A DNA stretch of 64,000 nucleotides from Bacteroidota bacterium (GCA_051748125.1 JBNJHC010000008.1:43975-107974), one strand, 5' to 3'; numbered from the stretch's first letter, positions 45,718 through 56,156 are shown. The notes: a model not told the origin generated them from the letters alone. Program-made: numbers and translations.

Positions 45718-46422
45718 ATGGACGACAAAAAGAATAGAATATTAGCAATAATCCCTGCTCGTGGCGGCAGTAAGGGCGTTCCTAGAAAAAATATAAAAGA
45801 ACTTGGCGGTAAACCCTTGTTAGCTTACACAGCAGATGCTGCACTTGCATCAAATTTAATTAGCAAAGTTATCTTATCTACTGAAGACGAAGAAATAATG
45901 AAGGTTGGTAAGTCATTAGGATTAGATGTACCTTTTCAGCGCCCAAGTGAATTAGCACAAGATCAATCAGGTAGTTTAGGCGTTGTTCAACACGCCATTC
46001 AGTTTTTTGAAGATAAAGGCGTATTTTTTGATGCAGTAATTCTTTTACAAGTAACCTCACCTTTTAGAGAAACAGGTTTTATCGATCAAGCGCTTGAAAA
46101 ATTTATCGCTTCAAAAGCTGAGGCTTTAATAAGTGTGTTGCCGGTACCACATGAATATAATCCGCATTGGGTATTCGAAGCCGATAATAATGATAATTTA
46201 AGCATTGCAACAGGTGAAAAGCAAATCATCAAACGGCGTCAAGATTTACCAACCGCTTATTTTCGCGATGGTAGTATTTATATCACCAAAACTGAAGTAA
46301 TTAAGCAAGGGAGTTTTTTTGGAGAAAAATTGAGTTATATAAAATCTAATCCTGCAAAATATGTTAATATTGATACTTTAGACGATTGGAAAAAAGCAGA
46401 AGAAATGCTAAAAGAAATTTAA
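45718..46422 (+). CDS. neuA: Acylneuraminate (nonulosonate) cytidylyltransferase
   Basis: ILAIIPARGGSKGVPRKNIKELGGKPLLAYT is the CMP-NeuAc synthetase N-terminal signature. Confidence 0.9.
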   Translation: MDDKKNRILAIIPARGGSKGVPRKNIKELGGKPLLAYTADAALASNLISKVILSTEDEEIMKVGKSLGLDVPFQRPSELAQDQSGSLGVVQHAIQFFEDKGVFFDAVILLQVTSPFRETGFIDQALEKFIASKAEALISVLPVPHEYNPHWVFEADNNDNLSIATGEKQIIKRRQDLPTAYFRDGSIYITKTEVIKQGSFFGEKLSYIKSNPAKYVNIDTLDDWKKAEEMLKEI

Positions 46423-46425
46423 CCA

Positions 46426-47826
46426 ATGAGACACAATAAAATACTCATTTTAATACCAGACGGAGTAGGTTTAAGAAACTTTGTCTTTTCTAAAATACCT
46501 GATTTTTTAAAGAAATCTTCCATAAGCTTTACATATTGGAATGCAACTCCTTTTGATTTTGATAAAGTAGGATTTAAGTCAATCCCACTAAAGGCTCAAC
46601 CACACCCAAAATCAGATTTGCTTAAAAGAGCTCGAAAAATAATAGAAATTAATAATTCAATAAAAAAAACAAAGAACTTAAATTATAAGTCATACATCTT
46701 TAAACCAGCAAACAAAAGATTTAAACAAAAAGTAAAAAATATAATAGAGAAATTCTATGTTTTTAAATATCGCAATAATCTAAAAACATTACGCAATAAG
46801 ATCAAAAAAACAGAATCTGGTACCACCTATTTCCAAAAGTGCATTGAACAACTTAAGAAACAACAACCACATTTATTATTGGTAAGCAATCAGCGACCAA
46901 TAAACGCTGTTGCACCAGTTGAAGCTGCTAAGATGTTAGGTATACCTACTATTAGTTTTGTCTTTTCATGGGATAATTTACCAAAAGCAACCATGGTGGT
47001 TGAAACAGATCACTACCTGGTTTGGAGTGATTTAATGAAGATGCAACTACTTGATTATTATTCTTATATTGATGCTAATCAAGTTTTTGTGGTGGGTACG
47101 CCTCAGTTTGAAATTCATTCTATTTCAAATTTTATCGAGTCACGAGACGCCTTTTGTGCAAAGTATAGTCTAGATAAAAATAAAGAATACATTTGTGTTT
47201 CTGGTGATGATATTACTACTAGCCCTCATGACCAAAACTACCTAAACGATATAGCAACAGCTGTAAGGTATATAAATGATAACAAGCTGTATTCGAAAAC
47301 GATAGGTATTATATTTAGACCTTGTCCTGTAGATTATTCTGATCGTTTTGACGAAGTTTTAACAGCTTATGCCGATGAAATTACAACCATACGCCCAGCT
47401 TGGAAAAAACATGCAGATGCTTGGAATACCATAATGCCTACTTTAGAAGATCAAATACTTCTAGCAAATACAGTAAAACATACCAGTTTAGTAATCAATG
47501 TAGGCTCATCAATGGCTTTTGATTATGCAGCACAAAATAAAGCTTGCTGTTACATCAATTACAATCCCAATGTCAAAGAATTGAAGAAAGACATCTATAA
47601 AATTTATAACTATATTCACTTCCAATCCATGCCCAATAAAGACGCAGTCATTTGGTTAAATTCCAAAGAAGAAATAGCGGACAAAATCTTGGAAGGACTC
47701 AACAATCAACAAAAATATGTAGCAAATGCTCAAAAATGGTTTGAAGTAATCAATCAACAACCAGCAGACCAAGCCTCAGAACGCATTGTGAAGGCGATTA
47801 ATCAGATAATAAGTAATAAACTATGA
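46426..47826 (+). CDS. Hypothetical protein (466 aa) in the neu sub-cluster
   Basis: Long ORF translationally coupled to neuA and the next gene. No motif recognised with confidence. Confidence 0.6.
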   Translation: MRHNKILILIPDGVGLRNFVFSKIPDFLKKSSISFTYWNATPFDFDKVGFKSIPLKAQPHPKSDLLKRARKIIEINNSIKKTKNLNYKSYIFKPANKRFKQKVKNIIEKFYVFKYRNNLKTLRNKIKKTESGTTYFQKCIEQLKKQQPHLLLVSNQRPINAVAPVEAAKMLGIPTISFVFSWDNLPKATMVVETDHYLVWSDLMKMQLLDYYSYIDANQVFVVGTPQFEIHSISNFIESRDAFCAKYSLDKNKEYICVSGDDITTSPHDQNYLNDIATAVRYINDNKLYSKTIGIIFRPCPVDYSDRFDEVLTAYADEITTIRPAWKKHADAWNTIMPTLEDQILLANTVKHTSLVINVGSSMAFDYAAQNKACCYINYNPNVKELKKDIYKIYNYIHFQSMPNKDAVIWLNSKEEIADKILEGLNNQQKYVANAQKWFEVINQQPADQASERIVKAINQIISNKL

Positions 47827-48620
47827 AACAAAAAATTATATTTTCTAATTCATACTCTCCTAGAACTGGTCATAATTTTGTAGCTGAAGTTTTTAAAACA
47901 TTTCTTGAAGCCGATGTTTTAATTCATCATAGAAGTGAAACTCGTATTGCACCATTATTAGATGCATACTTTAGCATATATGATACACATATCTATGGGG
48001 TAAAAGATAAAGATTTCTTTGATTACTTATTCATAAATGATTTAAGAAATAAAATCATCTCTAAAAGCGATAAAGAGTCTATTATTATTAAAAACACTTC
48101 TTTTGTTGGGATTGAACATATTAATCGAGTTTTTCCAAATGATATCCAAATCTTAATTTTACGGGATCCTTATGCGGTATTGAAATCTTTATTTAAAGGA
48201 ATGAGTCTTGGTAAAAGGAATACTAAAAATACCTTAAAAAAGATAGGTATATTTGTTGGAATTTATCCTTTGTATTATTCATGGCTTTTTAATAAAAAAA
48301 TAATTAAAAAAATACCAGATCTTAACAATTATACAGTTGTGAGATATGAAGATTTGGTAATTAAAGACGATAATACTTTGATTAAATTGAGGGATATGTT
48401 TGAAACAGAGAAGTCCCTAAATAAGATTAAAGAAGATATTGACAATATCAAAGTTATTAATACATCTTTCACAAATGAGACAGGAGCCAAGCATATTTGG
48501 GAGGCTAAGCAAAAGTCTCGTAAATTTAATCCTATTAATCGTAAAGGTCACAATTGGTTAGTTAGATTTACTTTAAAGGTTGGGTGTTATCCATTAAGAA
48601 AAAAAATGGGATATATATAG
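47823..48620 (+). CDS. Sulfotransferase-like protein
   Basis: Weak 5'-PSB-like YSPRTGHNF and clearer 3'-PB-like LRDPYAVLKS. Confidence 0.5.
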   Translation: MKQKIIFSNSYSPRTGHNFVAEVFKTFLEADVLIHHRSETRIAPLLDAYFSIYDTHIYGVKDKDFFDYLFINDLRNKIISKSDKESIIIKNTSFVGIEHINRVFPNDIQILILRDPYAVLKSLFKGMSLGKRNTKNTLKKIGIFVGIYPLYYSWLFNKKIIKKIPDLNNYTVVRYEDLVIKDDNTLIKLRDMFETEKSLNKIKEDIDNIKVINTSFTNETGAKHIWEAKQKSRKFNPINRKGHNWLVRFTLKVGCYPLRKKMGYI

Positions 48621-48621
48621 A

Positions 48622-49779
48622 ATGAAAATAGCTTATCTTACACCAGAGTATCCACACCCTAAATGCAATCATTCTGCAGGTATTGGGACAAGCATCTATA
48701 ATTTAGGCAACGCTTTAATAAATCTCGGGCATGAAGTACGTGTATTGGTTTATGGGCAAGACCAAGATGAGGTATTTTCAGATAATGGCATTATTGTACA
48801 AAAAATAAAGAATGTAAAAGTAAAAGGCTTATCACGGTGGTTGACTCAAAAAAAAATCGAAAAAATCATCAATCAACTTTACGATCATCATAAAATTGAC
48901 CTTGTAGAGTCGATTGATTGGGGTGGAATAACCTCTTTTGTACAACCTAAAAAGTGTCCCATTATTATCAAACTACACGGAAGCGATACCTATTTTTGTA
49001 AACTCGAAAAGCGACATCTTAAAAAGAAAAATTACTACCATGAAAAAAGAGCACTCAAAAAAGCCGATGCGCATTTAGCGGTAAGTGATTTTGTAGCACA
49101 AAAAACCAATGCGTTTTTTGATTTGAACATCAACTTTACAACCGTATATAATGGTATTAATTTAAAGCATTTTACAGCAGAAAATTCAGGTCAGGTGAAT
49201 ACAAACCAGCTATTGTATGTAGGCACATTAATCAGAAAAAAAGGGGTTTTGGATTTAGCACACATATTTAATCAGCTCATTACACTTCAACCCAAAGCTG
49301 AACTTATCTTAATTGGAAGTGATGCAAGCGATATACAAACAGGAAATTCATCTACTTGGGAACTAATGAAAGAAATTTTTTCTGAACAAGCTCAGAAAAA
49401 CGTGCAATATCATGGTAAAGTACCTTACGATAAAGTAAAAACTTACATTGCTAAGGCGAGTGTTTGCGTATTTCCTTCTTATGCTGAAGCCTTTCCAGTG
49501 AGTTGGCTAGAAGCCATGGCGATGAAAAAGGCCATTGTAGCCTCAAATATCGGATGGGCGCAAGAAGTCATTGAAAATGGGAGTGAAGGCTTTTTGATTC
49601 ACCCTTCAGATCATCAACTTTTTGCTGAAAAAATTAATACACTATTAATTAATCAACCTTTAAGAAAAAAACAAGGCCGACAAGCGCAAGAAAAAATAAT
49701 TAAAGACTTTTCTCATACAGTTATTGCTCAAAAGAATTTAGATTTTTACAATTCAATTATAGAAAATCAACATGATTAA
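48622..49779 (+). CDS. Family 4 (GT-B) glycosyltransferase
   Basis: C-terminal EX7E region: PSYAEAFPVSWLEAMAMKKAIVASNIG. Confidence 0.85.
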   Translation: MKIAYLTPEYPHPKCNHSAGIGTSIYNLGNALINLGHEVRVLVYGQDQDEVFSDNGIIVQKIKNVKVKGLSRWLTQKKIEKIINQLYDHHKIDLVESIDWGGITSFVQPKKCPIIIKLHGSDTYFCKLEKRHLKKKNYYHEKRALKKADAHLAVSDFVAQKTNAFFDLNINFTTVYNGINLKHFTAENSGQVNTNQLLYVGTLIRKKGVLDLAHIFNQLITLQPKAELILIGSDASDIQTGNSSTWELMKEIFSEQAQKNVQYHGKVPYDKVKTYIAKASVCVFPSYAEAFPVSWLEAMAMKKAIVASNIGWAQEVIENGSEGFLIHPSDHQLFAEKINTLLINQPLRKKQGRQAQEKIIKDFSHTVIAQKNLDFYNSIIENQHD

Positions 49780-51319
49780 ACTTGTTCACGATACTTCTAA
49801 GGTTATATCTTGTCAATCAGGTGGAAAGGTGTTATCTGTTTATCATCAAAAACCTTTAGTCCAGACGTTTTTTGAAATTGCAAAAGACTATCCTGATGAG
49901 CTATTGATTTGGGTACATCAAGATATTCATCAAAATTTAAATACCGAGTCTTTTGATGAGATATTTCATCATAAACGCATCATGGCTAGTTATTCAGATG
50001 TTCAATATTTACCTGAAGCTATCGGATATGTTGAGCAAAGCCCATTTATCAACGTTAATCTTGAAGTAAAATACCCAACTTGGCGGATGCATCAAAATGT
50101 GGGCGGTATTAACACTGCGGTCGTGAATAAGTTAGAACCCTTTATTAAAAGGCATAAAAACCTCAATTATATTCTGCATAGTATAGCCAAACTGGCTCAG
50201 CCTCAAGGTTTGTTATGTTATTCGCATCCTAAATTACTAAAACCTGTTAAAAAGCTTCAAACTTTACAAAACCAAAAAGCCAACACCTCAGAAGTGTTTA
50301 GCTTTGTAGCTCAACATTACAAATGGGTATGGAAGCATCTTTTGCTCTTAAACTTAACGATATACGAATCTAAATTTAATCTTTGGGCATGGTTAAAAAG
50401 TTTGTTTTTATCGCAAATCAAAGTTAAATCATCACTCTTAAATTCAGTTTCATTACCTGAACTAAAGCCATTCAATAAATCTCAAATTCAGCTTGATGTG
50501 ATTATCCCTACAATTGGGCGAAAAAAATATTTATATGATGTGCTGAAAGACTTATCAAAACAGTCGTTACTACCCCAAAATGTTATTATAATCGAGCAAA
50601 ATCCTGATCCAGAGACCCAGAGTGAACTCGATTATTTAGTATCAGAACAATGGCCTTTTAAAATCACACACCGATTTATACATCAAACAGGCGCATGCAA
50701 TGCCCGAAATATGGCTTTAGATTTAGTGAAGTCTGAATGGGTATTTTTAGCTGATGATGATAATAGAATGAACGAGAATTTGATTGAAAGCACTTTCCAA
50801 CAGATGTTAATTTATAAATTAGATTGTTTAACAACAGTTTATATTCAAAAACATGAAGTAAACCTAAATCAAACCTTTCAGCAATGGGCAACTTTTGGTG
50901 CAGGTAATTCGTTTTTAAATTTTCAAAAGGCAAAAGCCATTAGATTCCATAAAGGTCTTGAATATGGTTACGGTGAAGATGTTGATTTTGGTATGCAGCT
51001 AAGGAATAAAGGAATTGATGTATTATACTCACCTGACATTGTAATAGATCACCTTAAAGCTCCCGTAGGTGGGTTTAGAACCAAGCCAAAATTATCATGG
51101 GGAAACGAAAAGCCTTTGCCAAAACCATCCCCAACTGTATTACTTTCAAAAATTTTACACAACAGCGAGCCTCAAGTTTATGGTTATAAAACACTGTTGT
51201 TTCTAAATACATTAAAATCAAAAGGATTAATACATTTCTTTTCTCACCTCAGCTATTTTAAAAAAGCTTGGAATACGAGTTTGCGCTGGTCTACAATTTT
51301 AAATAATAAACATCAATGA
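49772..51319 (+). CDS. GT2 glycosyltransferase with a long N-terminal extension
   Basis: The GT2 core starts near residue 240 (LDVIIPTIGRKKYLYDVLKDLSKQS, LADDDN). Confidence 0.7.
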   Translation: MIKLVHDTSKVISCQSGGKVLSVYHQKPLVQTFFEIAKDYPDELLIWVHQDIHQNLNTESFDEIFHHKRIMASYSDVQYLPEAIGYVEQSPFINVNLEVKYPTWRMHQNVGGINTAVVNKLEPFIKRHKNLNYILHSIAKLAQPQGLLCYSHPKLLKPVKKLQTLQNQKANTSEVFSFVAQHYKWVWKHLLLLNLTIYESKFNLWAWLKSLFLSQIKVKSSLLNSVSLPELKPFNKSQIQLDVIIPTIGRKKYLYDVLKDLSKQSLLPQNVIIIEQNPDPETQSELDYLVSEQWPFKITHRFIHQTGACNARNMALDLVKSEWVFLADDDNRMNENLIESTFQQMLIYKLDCLTTVYIQKHEVNLNQTFQQWATFGAGNSFLNFQKAKAIRFHKGLEYGYGEDVDFGMQLRNKGIDVLYSPDIVIDHLKAPVGGFRTKPKLSWGNEKPLPKPSPTVLLSKILHNSEPQVYGYKTLLFLNTLKSKGLIHFFSHLSYFKKAWNTSLRWSTILNNKHQ

Positions 51320-52311
51320 AGTTAAGTTTAATCATCTGTACCTACAAAAGGGCTGAACCTTTATTAAGACTTTTGGACTCAGTTAAAGTGCAAAGTTATT
51401 TACCCGATGAGATATTAATCATTGACGGTTCACCAGATGATGATACTAAGCACGCACTTAATAAAATTAACTTAAAAGAATTAAATTATTACAAAGTTAA
51501 GCCTGAACAACGTGGCTTAACCAAACAACGTAATATTGGCATTGATCTTTGTAGAAAAGATATGGATATAGTTGCTTTTCTGGATGATGATACTGTTTTA
51601 AAACAAAATTACTTTAAGAATCTAATAGCCATATTTAAGACTAATCCGAACATCACAGGTATTGGTGGTATAGCTGTAAATGAAAATCAATGGCAAAAAG
51701 CCGATAAAGCAAAAAAAGACCTAAATAACTTATATGTTGAAGGCTATAAAGTCAAATTATCTTTGAGGTACAGAATTAGGCAAACACTAGGATTAATGTC
51801 TAAGCTAGCTCCAGGGAAAATGCCTAAATTCTCTCATGGAAACACTCAATCTTATCCTTTAACTGGGAAATTTTATGACGTTGATTTAATAGTTGGTATG
51901 TCAATGTCATTTCGGTCAAATGTAGTTTTTTCTCAAAAATTTTCAGAATATTTTGAAGGCTATGGTTTGTATGAAGATGCAGATTATTCAATAAGGGCTT
52001 TAAAATTTGGTCAGAATGTCATTGCAACCAGTGTTCAGCTAGAACACCATCACCATCCATCTGGTCGTCCTAATCAATTTCAATACGGGCAAATGGTGGT
52101 TAAAAACGGTTGGTATGTGTGGCGTTTACGCTGGCCTAATCCTGGGTTTAAAAATGTACTAAAATGGCATGCTAATGTTTTATTACTCACCTTTCTTAGA
52201 TTTTTGAATACCTTTACCACAGCCAACAAAAAGCAAGCCTTCACCGAAAGTTGCGGTCGCTTTTGGGCTTGGTTAAAATTGTGGTTTGTTAAACCTAAAA
52301 TAGAAAGATGA
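51316..52311 (+). CDS. Family 2 glycosyltransferase
   Basis: LSLIICTYKRAEPLLRLLDSVKVQS, IIDGSPDD, FLDDDT. Confidence 0.85.
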   Translation: MKLSLIICTYKRAEPLLRLLDSVKVQSYLPDEILIIDGSPDDDTKHALNKINLKELNYYKVKPEQRGLTKQRNIGIDLCRKDMDIVAFLDDDTVLKQNYFKNLIAIFKTNPNITGIGGIAVNENQWQKADKAKKDLNNLYVEGYKVKLSLRYRIRQTLGLMSKLAPGKMPKFSHGNTQSYPLTGKFYDVDLIVGMSMSFRSNVVFSQKFSEYFEGYGLYEDADYSIRALKFGQNVIATSVQLEHHHHPSGRPNQFQYGQMVVKNGWYVWRLRWPNPGFKNVLKWHANVLLLTFLRFLNTFTTANKKQAFTESCGRFWAWLKLWFVKPKIER

Positions 52312-53423
52312 CTTTCCTAATCATTTCACATACCAATCATTATAAAGTCAACGATCAACTTTATGCCTACGCGCCTTACGTCCGTGAGATGAATTTATGG
52401 TTGAAGCATGTAGATCAAGTTAATATTGTTGCGCCTGTATCGAATAACTTTGATCAAAACATCAGTTTAGCGTATCAACACAGCAATATTTCTATTGAAG
52501 AAATGCCGGCATTTTCTTTAATTGGCTTGAAAGAAAAATTATCAACTTTAACTAAACTGCCTAAAATTTTTAATACGCTTTACAAAGCCATGAAACACGC
52601 CGATCATATTCATTTGCGCTGTCCAGGCAATATGGGTTTATTGGGCTGTTTCGTTCAAATTCTATTTCCCAAAACCCCAAAAACCGCTAAATATGCTGGC
52701 AATTGGGACCCGCGGTCAAAACAGCCTTGGACTTATAAGCTACAACAATGGATTTTAAGCAATACTAGGCTAACTAAAAACATGCAAGTTTTGGTTTACG
52801 GACAATGGCCAAATCAAACGCCAAACATTAAGCCCTTTTTTACCGCGACCTATCACGATAAAGAAAAAGAGCCCTTGTACGTTAGAAATTATACCAAACC
52901 TTGGCACTTTTGTTTTGTGGGGAGTTTATCTCCAGGGAAACGCCCACAATTAGCTCTAAAACTTGTGCATCAACTCAGAGCAAAAGGCATAGAAGCCATT
53001 GTGCATTTTTACGGTAATGGCGAACTCAAAGCTGACTTAGATAAAAACATTCAACAATTAAAAGCTCAAGATTGGGCATTTTTGTATGGCAATCAACCTA
53101 AAGACGTGGTCAAAAAGGCTTTAAAATACTCGCATTTCCTCATTTTACCAAGCCAATCTGAAGGTTGGCCAAAAGTGGTGGCCGAGGCCATGTTTTGGGG
53201 CTGTGTCCCCATTGTCACTCCTATTTCTTGCGTGCCTTGGATGTTGGATGACGGTCAGCGTGGCGTTTTAATGGATGTTCAAAACATAGATAAAACAGTA
53301 AATAAACTCAAATCTTTTAAAGACAGCCCGAAAGATTTAGAGTTGTTATCAACCAATGCAGCCCATTGGTCACGAAATTATACTTTAGACAAGTTTGAAG
53401 ATGAAATTCGTAAATTGTTATAA
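52308..53423 (+). CDS. Family 4 (GT-B) glycosyltransferase
   Basis: PSQSEGWPKVVAEAMFWGCVPIVT EX7E-type motif. Confidence 0.8.
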   Translation: MTFLIISHTNHYKVNDQLYAYAPYVREMNLWLKHVDQVNIVAPVSNNFDQNISLAYQHSNISIEEMPAFSLIGLKEKLSTLTKLPKIFNTLYKAMKHADHIHLRCPGNMGLLGCFVQILFPKTPKTAKYAGNWDPRSKQPWTYKLQQWILSNTRLTKNMQVLVYGQWPNQTPNIKPFFTATYHDKEKEPLYVRNYTKPWHFCFVGSLSPGKRPQLALKLVHQLRAKGIEAIVHFYGNGELKADLDKNIQQLKAQDWAFLYGNQPKDVVKKALKYSHFLILPSQSEGWPKVVAEAMFWGCVPIVTPISCVPWMLDDGQRGVLMDVQNIDKTVNKLKSFKDSPKDLELLSTNAAHWSRNYTLDKFEDEIRKLL

Positions 53424-53426
53424 ATA

Positions 53427-53497
53427 AGACAGTCCACAGTCGACAGTCGACAGTATACAGTGGACAGAAGACAGTATACAGTGGACAGAAGACAAAA
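53427..53497. repeat. Period-7 word array (GACAGTC/GACAGAA type)
   Basis: gacagtc cacagtc gacagtc gacagta tacagtg gacagaa gacagta tacagtg gacagaa, read directly. Confidence 0.9.
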
Positions 53498-53505
53498 GAG
53501 AGAAA

Positions 53506-53744
53506 ATGGATTACAAGAAATTAAATGTTTGGAAAGAATCAATTGAATTAGTCAAGCTGATTTATCAAGTCACTGCTATTTTTCCTAATGATGAAAGATA
53601 CGGTTTGATCACTCAACTAAGACGTGCGTCAGTTTCAATTCCATCTAACACTTGACCTGTGAAATAAATTTAAAGCCGTATGAAAGATTTCTTTTACGTT
53701 TTAAAAAACTTTTGTCAGGATTTATTAAATATCTTAAGAAATAA
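53506..53744 (+). pseudogene. Four-helix-bundle (Avd/23S-IVS-type) gene with an internal deletion
   Basis: The first 49 codons parallel 45212-45556 (MDYKKLNVWKESIELVK..QLRRASVSIPSN), then a TGA at 53653. The 3' end (..KKLLSGFIKYLKK*) survives in another frame. About 105 bp shorter than the intact copy. Confidence 0.8.
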
Positions 53745-53758
53745 GTTTAAAATTGATA

Positions 53759-53850
53759 GTCCACAGTCGACAGTCTACAGTAGACGGAAGACAGAAGACA
53801 GTATACAGTGGACAGTAGACTGACAAAAGACAACAGACAACAAAAGACAG
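53759..53850. repeat. Period-7 word array downstream of the degraded four-helix-bundle gene
   Basis: Begins with the same gtttaaaattgatagtccacagtc junction as 45557-45580, then the gacagtc/gaagaca/gacagta series up to the next ATG. Confidence 0.9.
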
Positions 53851-53854
53851 AACC

Positions 53855-54931
53855 ATGAAACAAAAGCATCATCAACCCATACGTGTCTTGCAAATCATCG
53901 ACTCCTTAGAAGCTGGTGGTGGTGAACGCATGGCTGTTAATTTAACCAATGCGCTTCATCAAAAAGTTGATTTTTCTGGCTTAATTGCCACCCGTAAGGA
54001 AGGTTTGTTAAAAGCTGAGATTGATCATCTAGACCATTATTTATATGTAAATAAACGGCGTTCTGTAGATTTTAAAGCCCTCAGTTTAGCGATGCAGTTT
54101 GTTAAGAAGCACCAAATTACGCATTTACACGCCCATAGCACTTCATTTTTTTTTGCAACGCTTATTAAAATCAGAAAACCAAAGTTAAAACTGATTTGGC
54201 ACGATCATCATGGTAATCGGCCTAACGAAAAAAATCAGAATAATGCGACTATAAAAATATTTTCAGCTTTCTTTAATCATGTTATTATATGTAGTCAACC
54301 CCTTGAAAATTGGGCTAAAAAAAAGCTTCTGTGCAAAAGAGTGACTTTAATTAGCAATTTTGTATCAAATTCAAGTAAACCTACAAAAATACATCATTCA
54401 AAAGAATACATCGTTTCAGTTGCTAACTTACGAGACCCTAAAGATCATTTTACGCTTATTAATGCATTTGAAATTATTTCTAGACAATTTGATATTGATC
54501 TTTTACTAGTTGGTGATGATCGCCAAGACGATTATTCAAAAAAAATAAAACAACAAATAGTCAAAAAGAATCTTAATAATAGAGTTTATGTATTAGGTCT
54601 GCAGTCAAATGTAGCCGCCTATATTAAAAATGCAAAAATTGCTGTATTATCATCAAAAATTGAAGGTTTGCCAATGGCGCTGTTGGAATATGCCATAGCT
54701 CAAAAACCTGTGGTGGTCACTGATGTAGGCCAATGCAGGATGGTGGTAGGTGATTTTGCAAAACTAGTTCAACCGGGTCATCCCAATGCGCTAGCGGCAG
54801 CGCTAAATTATTATTTATCACATCCCAAAGATGCAAAACAAGATGCTGAACGATTACATCAAAAAGTGATAGCAGAATATGGTGAAACAGCCATTATTAA
54901 TCAAATCATTAAGATTTATGAAAAGCTATAA
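53855..54931 (+). CDS. Family 4 (GT-B) glycosyltransferase
   Basis: IRVLQIIDSLEAGGGERMAVNL N-terminus and SSKIEGLPMALLEYAIAQKPVVVTDVG. Confidence 0.85.
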   Translation: MKQKHHQPIRVLQIIDSLEAGGGERMAVNLTNALHQKVDFSGLIATRKEGLLKAEIDHLDHYLYVNKRRSVDFKALSLAMQFVKKHQITHLHAHSTSFFFATLIKIRKPKLKLIWHDHHGNRPNEKNQNNATIKIFSAFFNHVIICSQPLENWAKKKLLCKRVTLISNFVSNSSKPTKIHHSKEYIVSVANLRDPKDHFTLINAFEIISRQFDIDLLLVGDDRQDDYSKKIKQQIVKKNLNNRVYVLGLQSNVAAYIKNAKIAVLSSKIEGLPMALLEYAIAQKPVVVTDVGQCRMVVGDFAKLVQPGHPNALAAALNYYLSHPKDAKQDAERLHQKVIAEYGETAIINQIIKIYEKL

Positions 54932-55057
54932 GCCAGGCAACGCTATTAGATTGGCAATCATTTCTAAAATCAGTAATATTGTAGATGATTAACTTGATTT
55001 TGCACCAATTAACGTTTGAAGACTCAAAAGATTTTAAAGAAAATTAATAACAAAATA

Positions 55058-56074
55058 ATGACAACACAAGCCTCGCTTTATACCATCGCTGAAATAGGTC
55101 AAGCCCATGAAGGGAGTTTAGGCATGCTATATGCCTACATCGATGCTTTAGCTGAAACCGGTGTTAATGCGGTTAAATTTCAAACGCATGTGGCACATGC
55201 CGAAAGTAGTATACATGAACCTTTTCGGGTCCAATTTTCAAAGCAAGATGCATCGCGTTACGATTATTGGGAGCGAATGTCATTCACACCAGAGCAGTGG
55301 AAAGCTATCGGGAATTACACGAAATCTAAGGGGCTTGATTTCATTAGTAGTCCTTTTTCTAATGCAGCGGTTGATATTTTAGAGCAAGCTGAAGTCGATG
55401 CTTATAAAATTGGGAGTGGAGAAGTGACCAACCTATTATTGCTTGAAAAAATAGCCCAAACTCAAAAGCCAGTTATTATTTCAAGCGGGATGAGTTCTTT
55501 TGCGGAGTTAGATCGTTCTGTCGCCTTTTTATTAGATCGAAAAGTTAATTTGAGTATTCTTCAATGCACAACGGCTTATCCAACAAAGCCTGAGCAATAT
55601 GGTCTAAATGTTATACAAGAACTGAAGCAACGTTATCCTACCGTAACTATCGGTTTCTCTGATCACTCGGGCTCCTTATCTGCAGGTTTAGCAGCCATTA
55701 CCTTGGGCGCTCAAATTTTAGAGTTTCATGTGGTGTTTCATAAAAAAATGTTTGGTCCAGACGTTAAAGCATCCTTAACCATAGAGCAAACCAAAAACTT
55801 GGTTGATGGCGGGAAAGATATCATCACCGCGCTTAAAAATCCTATTGATAAAAAAAGCAACCATCAATTTAGTGATTTAAAATCAATTTTTGAAAAGTCA
55901 TTGGCGGTTAATAAAGATTTACCAGAAGGTCACACCATTCAATTTGAAGATTTAGAAGCCAAAAAACCAAAAGGTTACGGCATTGATGCTTCAACCTATC
56001 AAGCTATTATAGGTAAAAAGTTAGTTTATAAAAAAAAAGCTTGGGATTTTTTAAAAAATAGTGATTTAAAATAA
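55058..56074 (+). CDS. neuB: N-acetylneuraminate (nonulosonate) synthase
   Basis: IAEIGQAHEGSLGMLYAYIDALAETGVNAVKFQTH, SDHS, and a C-terminal SAF-like segment. ATG at 55058 preferred over the listed TTG at 55016. Confidence 0.9.
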   Translation: MTTQASLYTIAEIGQAHEGSLGMLYAYIDALAETGVNAVKFQTHVAHAESSIHEPFRVQFSKQDASRYDYWERMSFTPEQWKAIGNYTKSKGLDFISSPFSNAAVDILEQAEVDAYKIGSGEVTNLLLLEKIAQTQKPVIISSGMSSFAELDRSVAFLLDRKVNLSILQCTTAYPTKPEQYGLNVIQELKQRYPTVTIGFSDHSGSLSAGLAAITLGAQILEFHVVFHKKMFGPDVKASLTIEQTKNLVDGGKDIITALKNPIDKKSNHQFSDLKSIFEKSLAVNKDLPEGHTIQFEDLEAKKPKGYGIDASTYQAIIGKKLVYKKKAWDFLKNSDLK

Positions 56075-56156
56075 TTTTTTAATTTTTGTTTTAATAATTT
56101 ATATAAAAATATGTTTAAGGATGAGTTTGTGTTGCAGTATTAAAAATTAAAGTTAT

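Noticed and set aside
45527-45748. ORF 45527-45748 (minus, LLSSVF repeats)
   Set aside because: It is a translation of the period-7 array (21-bp super-period) and overlaps the ends of two well-supported plus-strand genes.
55016-55382. Listed TTG start at 55016 for neuB and the internal ORF 55161-55382
   Set aside because: NeuB homologues begin close to the IAEIG motif, so ATG 55058 fits better. The internal ORF is an out-of-frame overlap within neuB.
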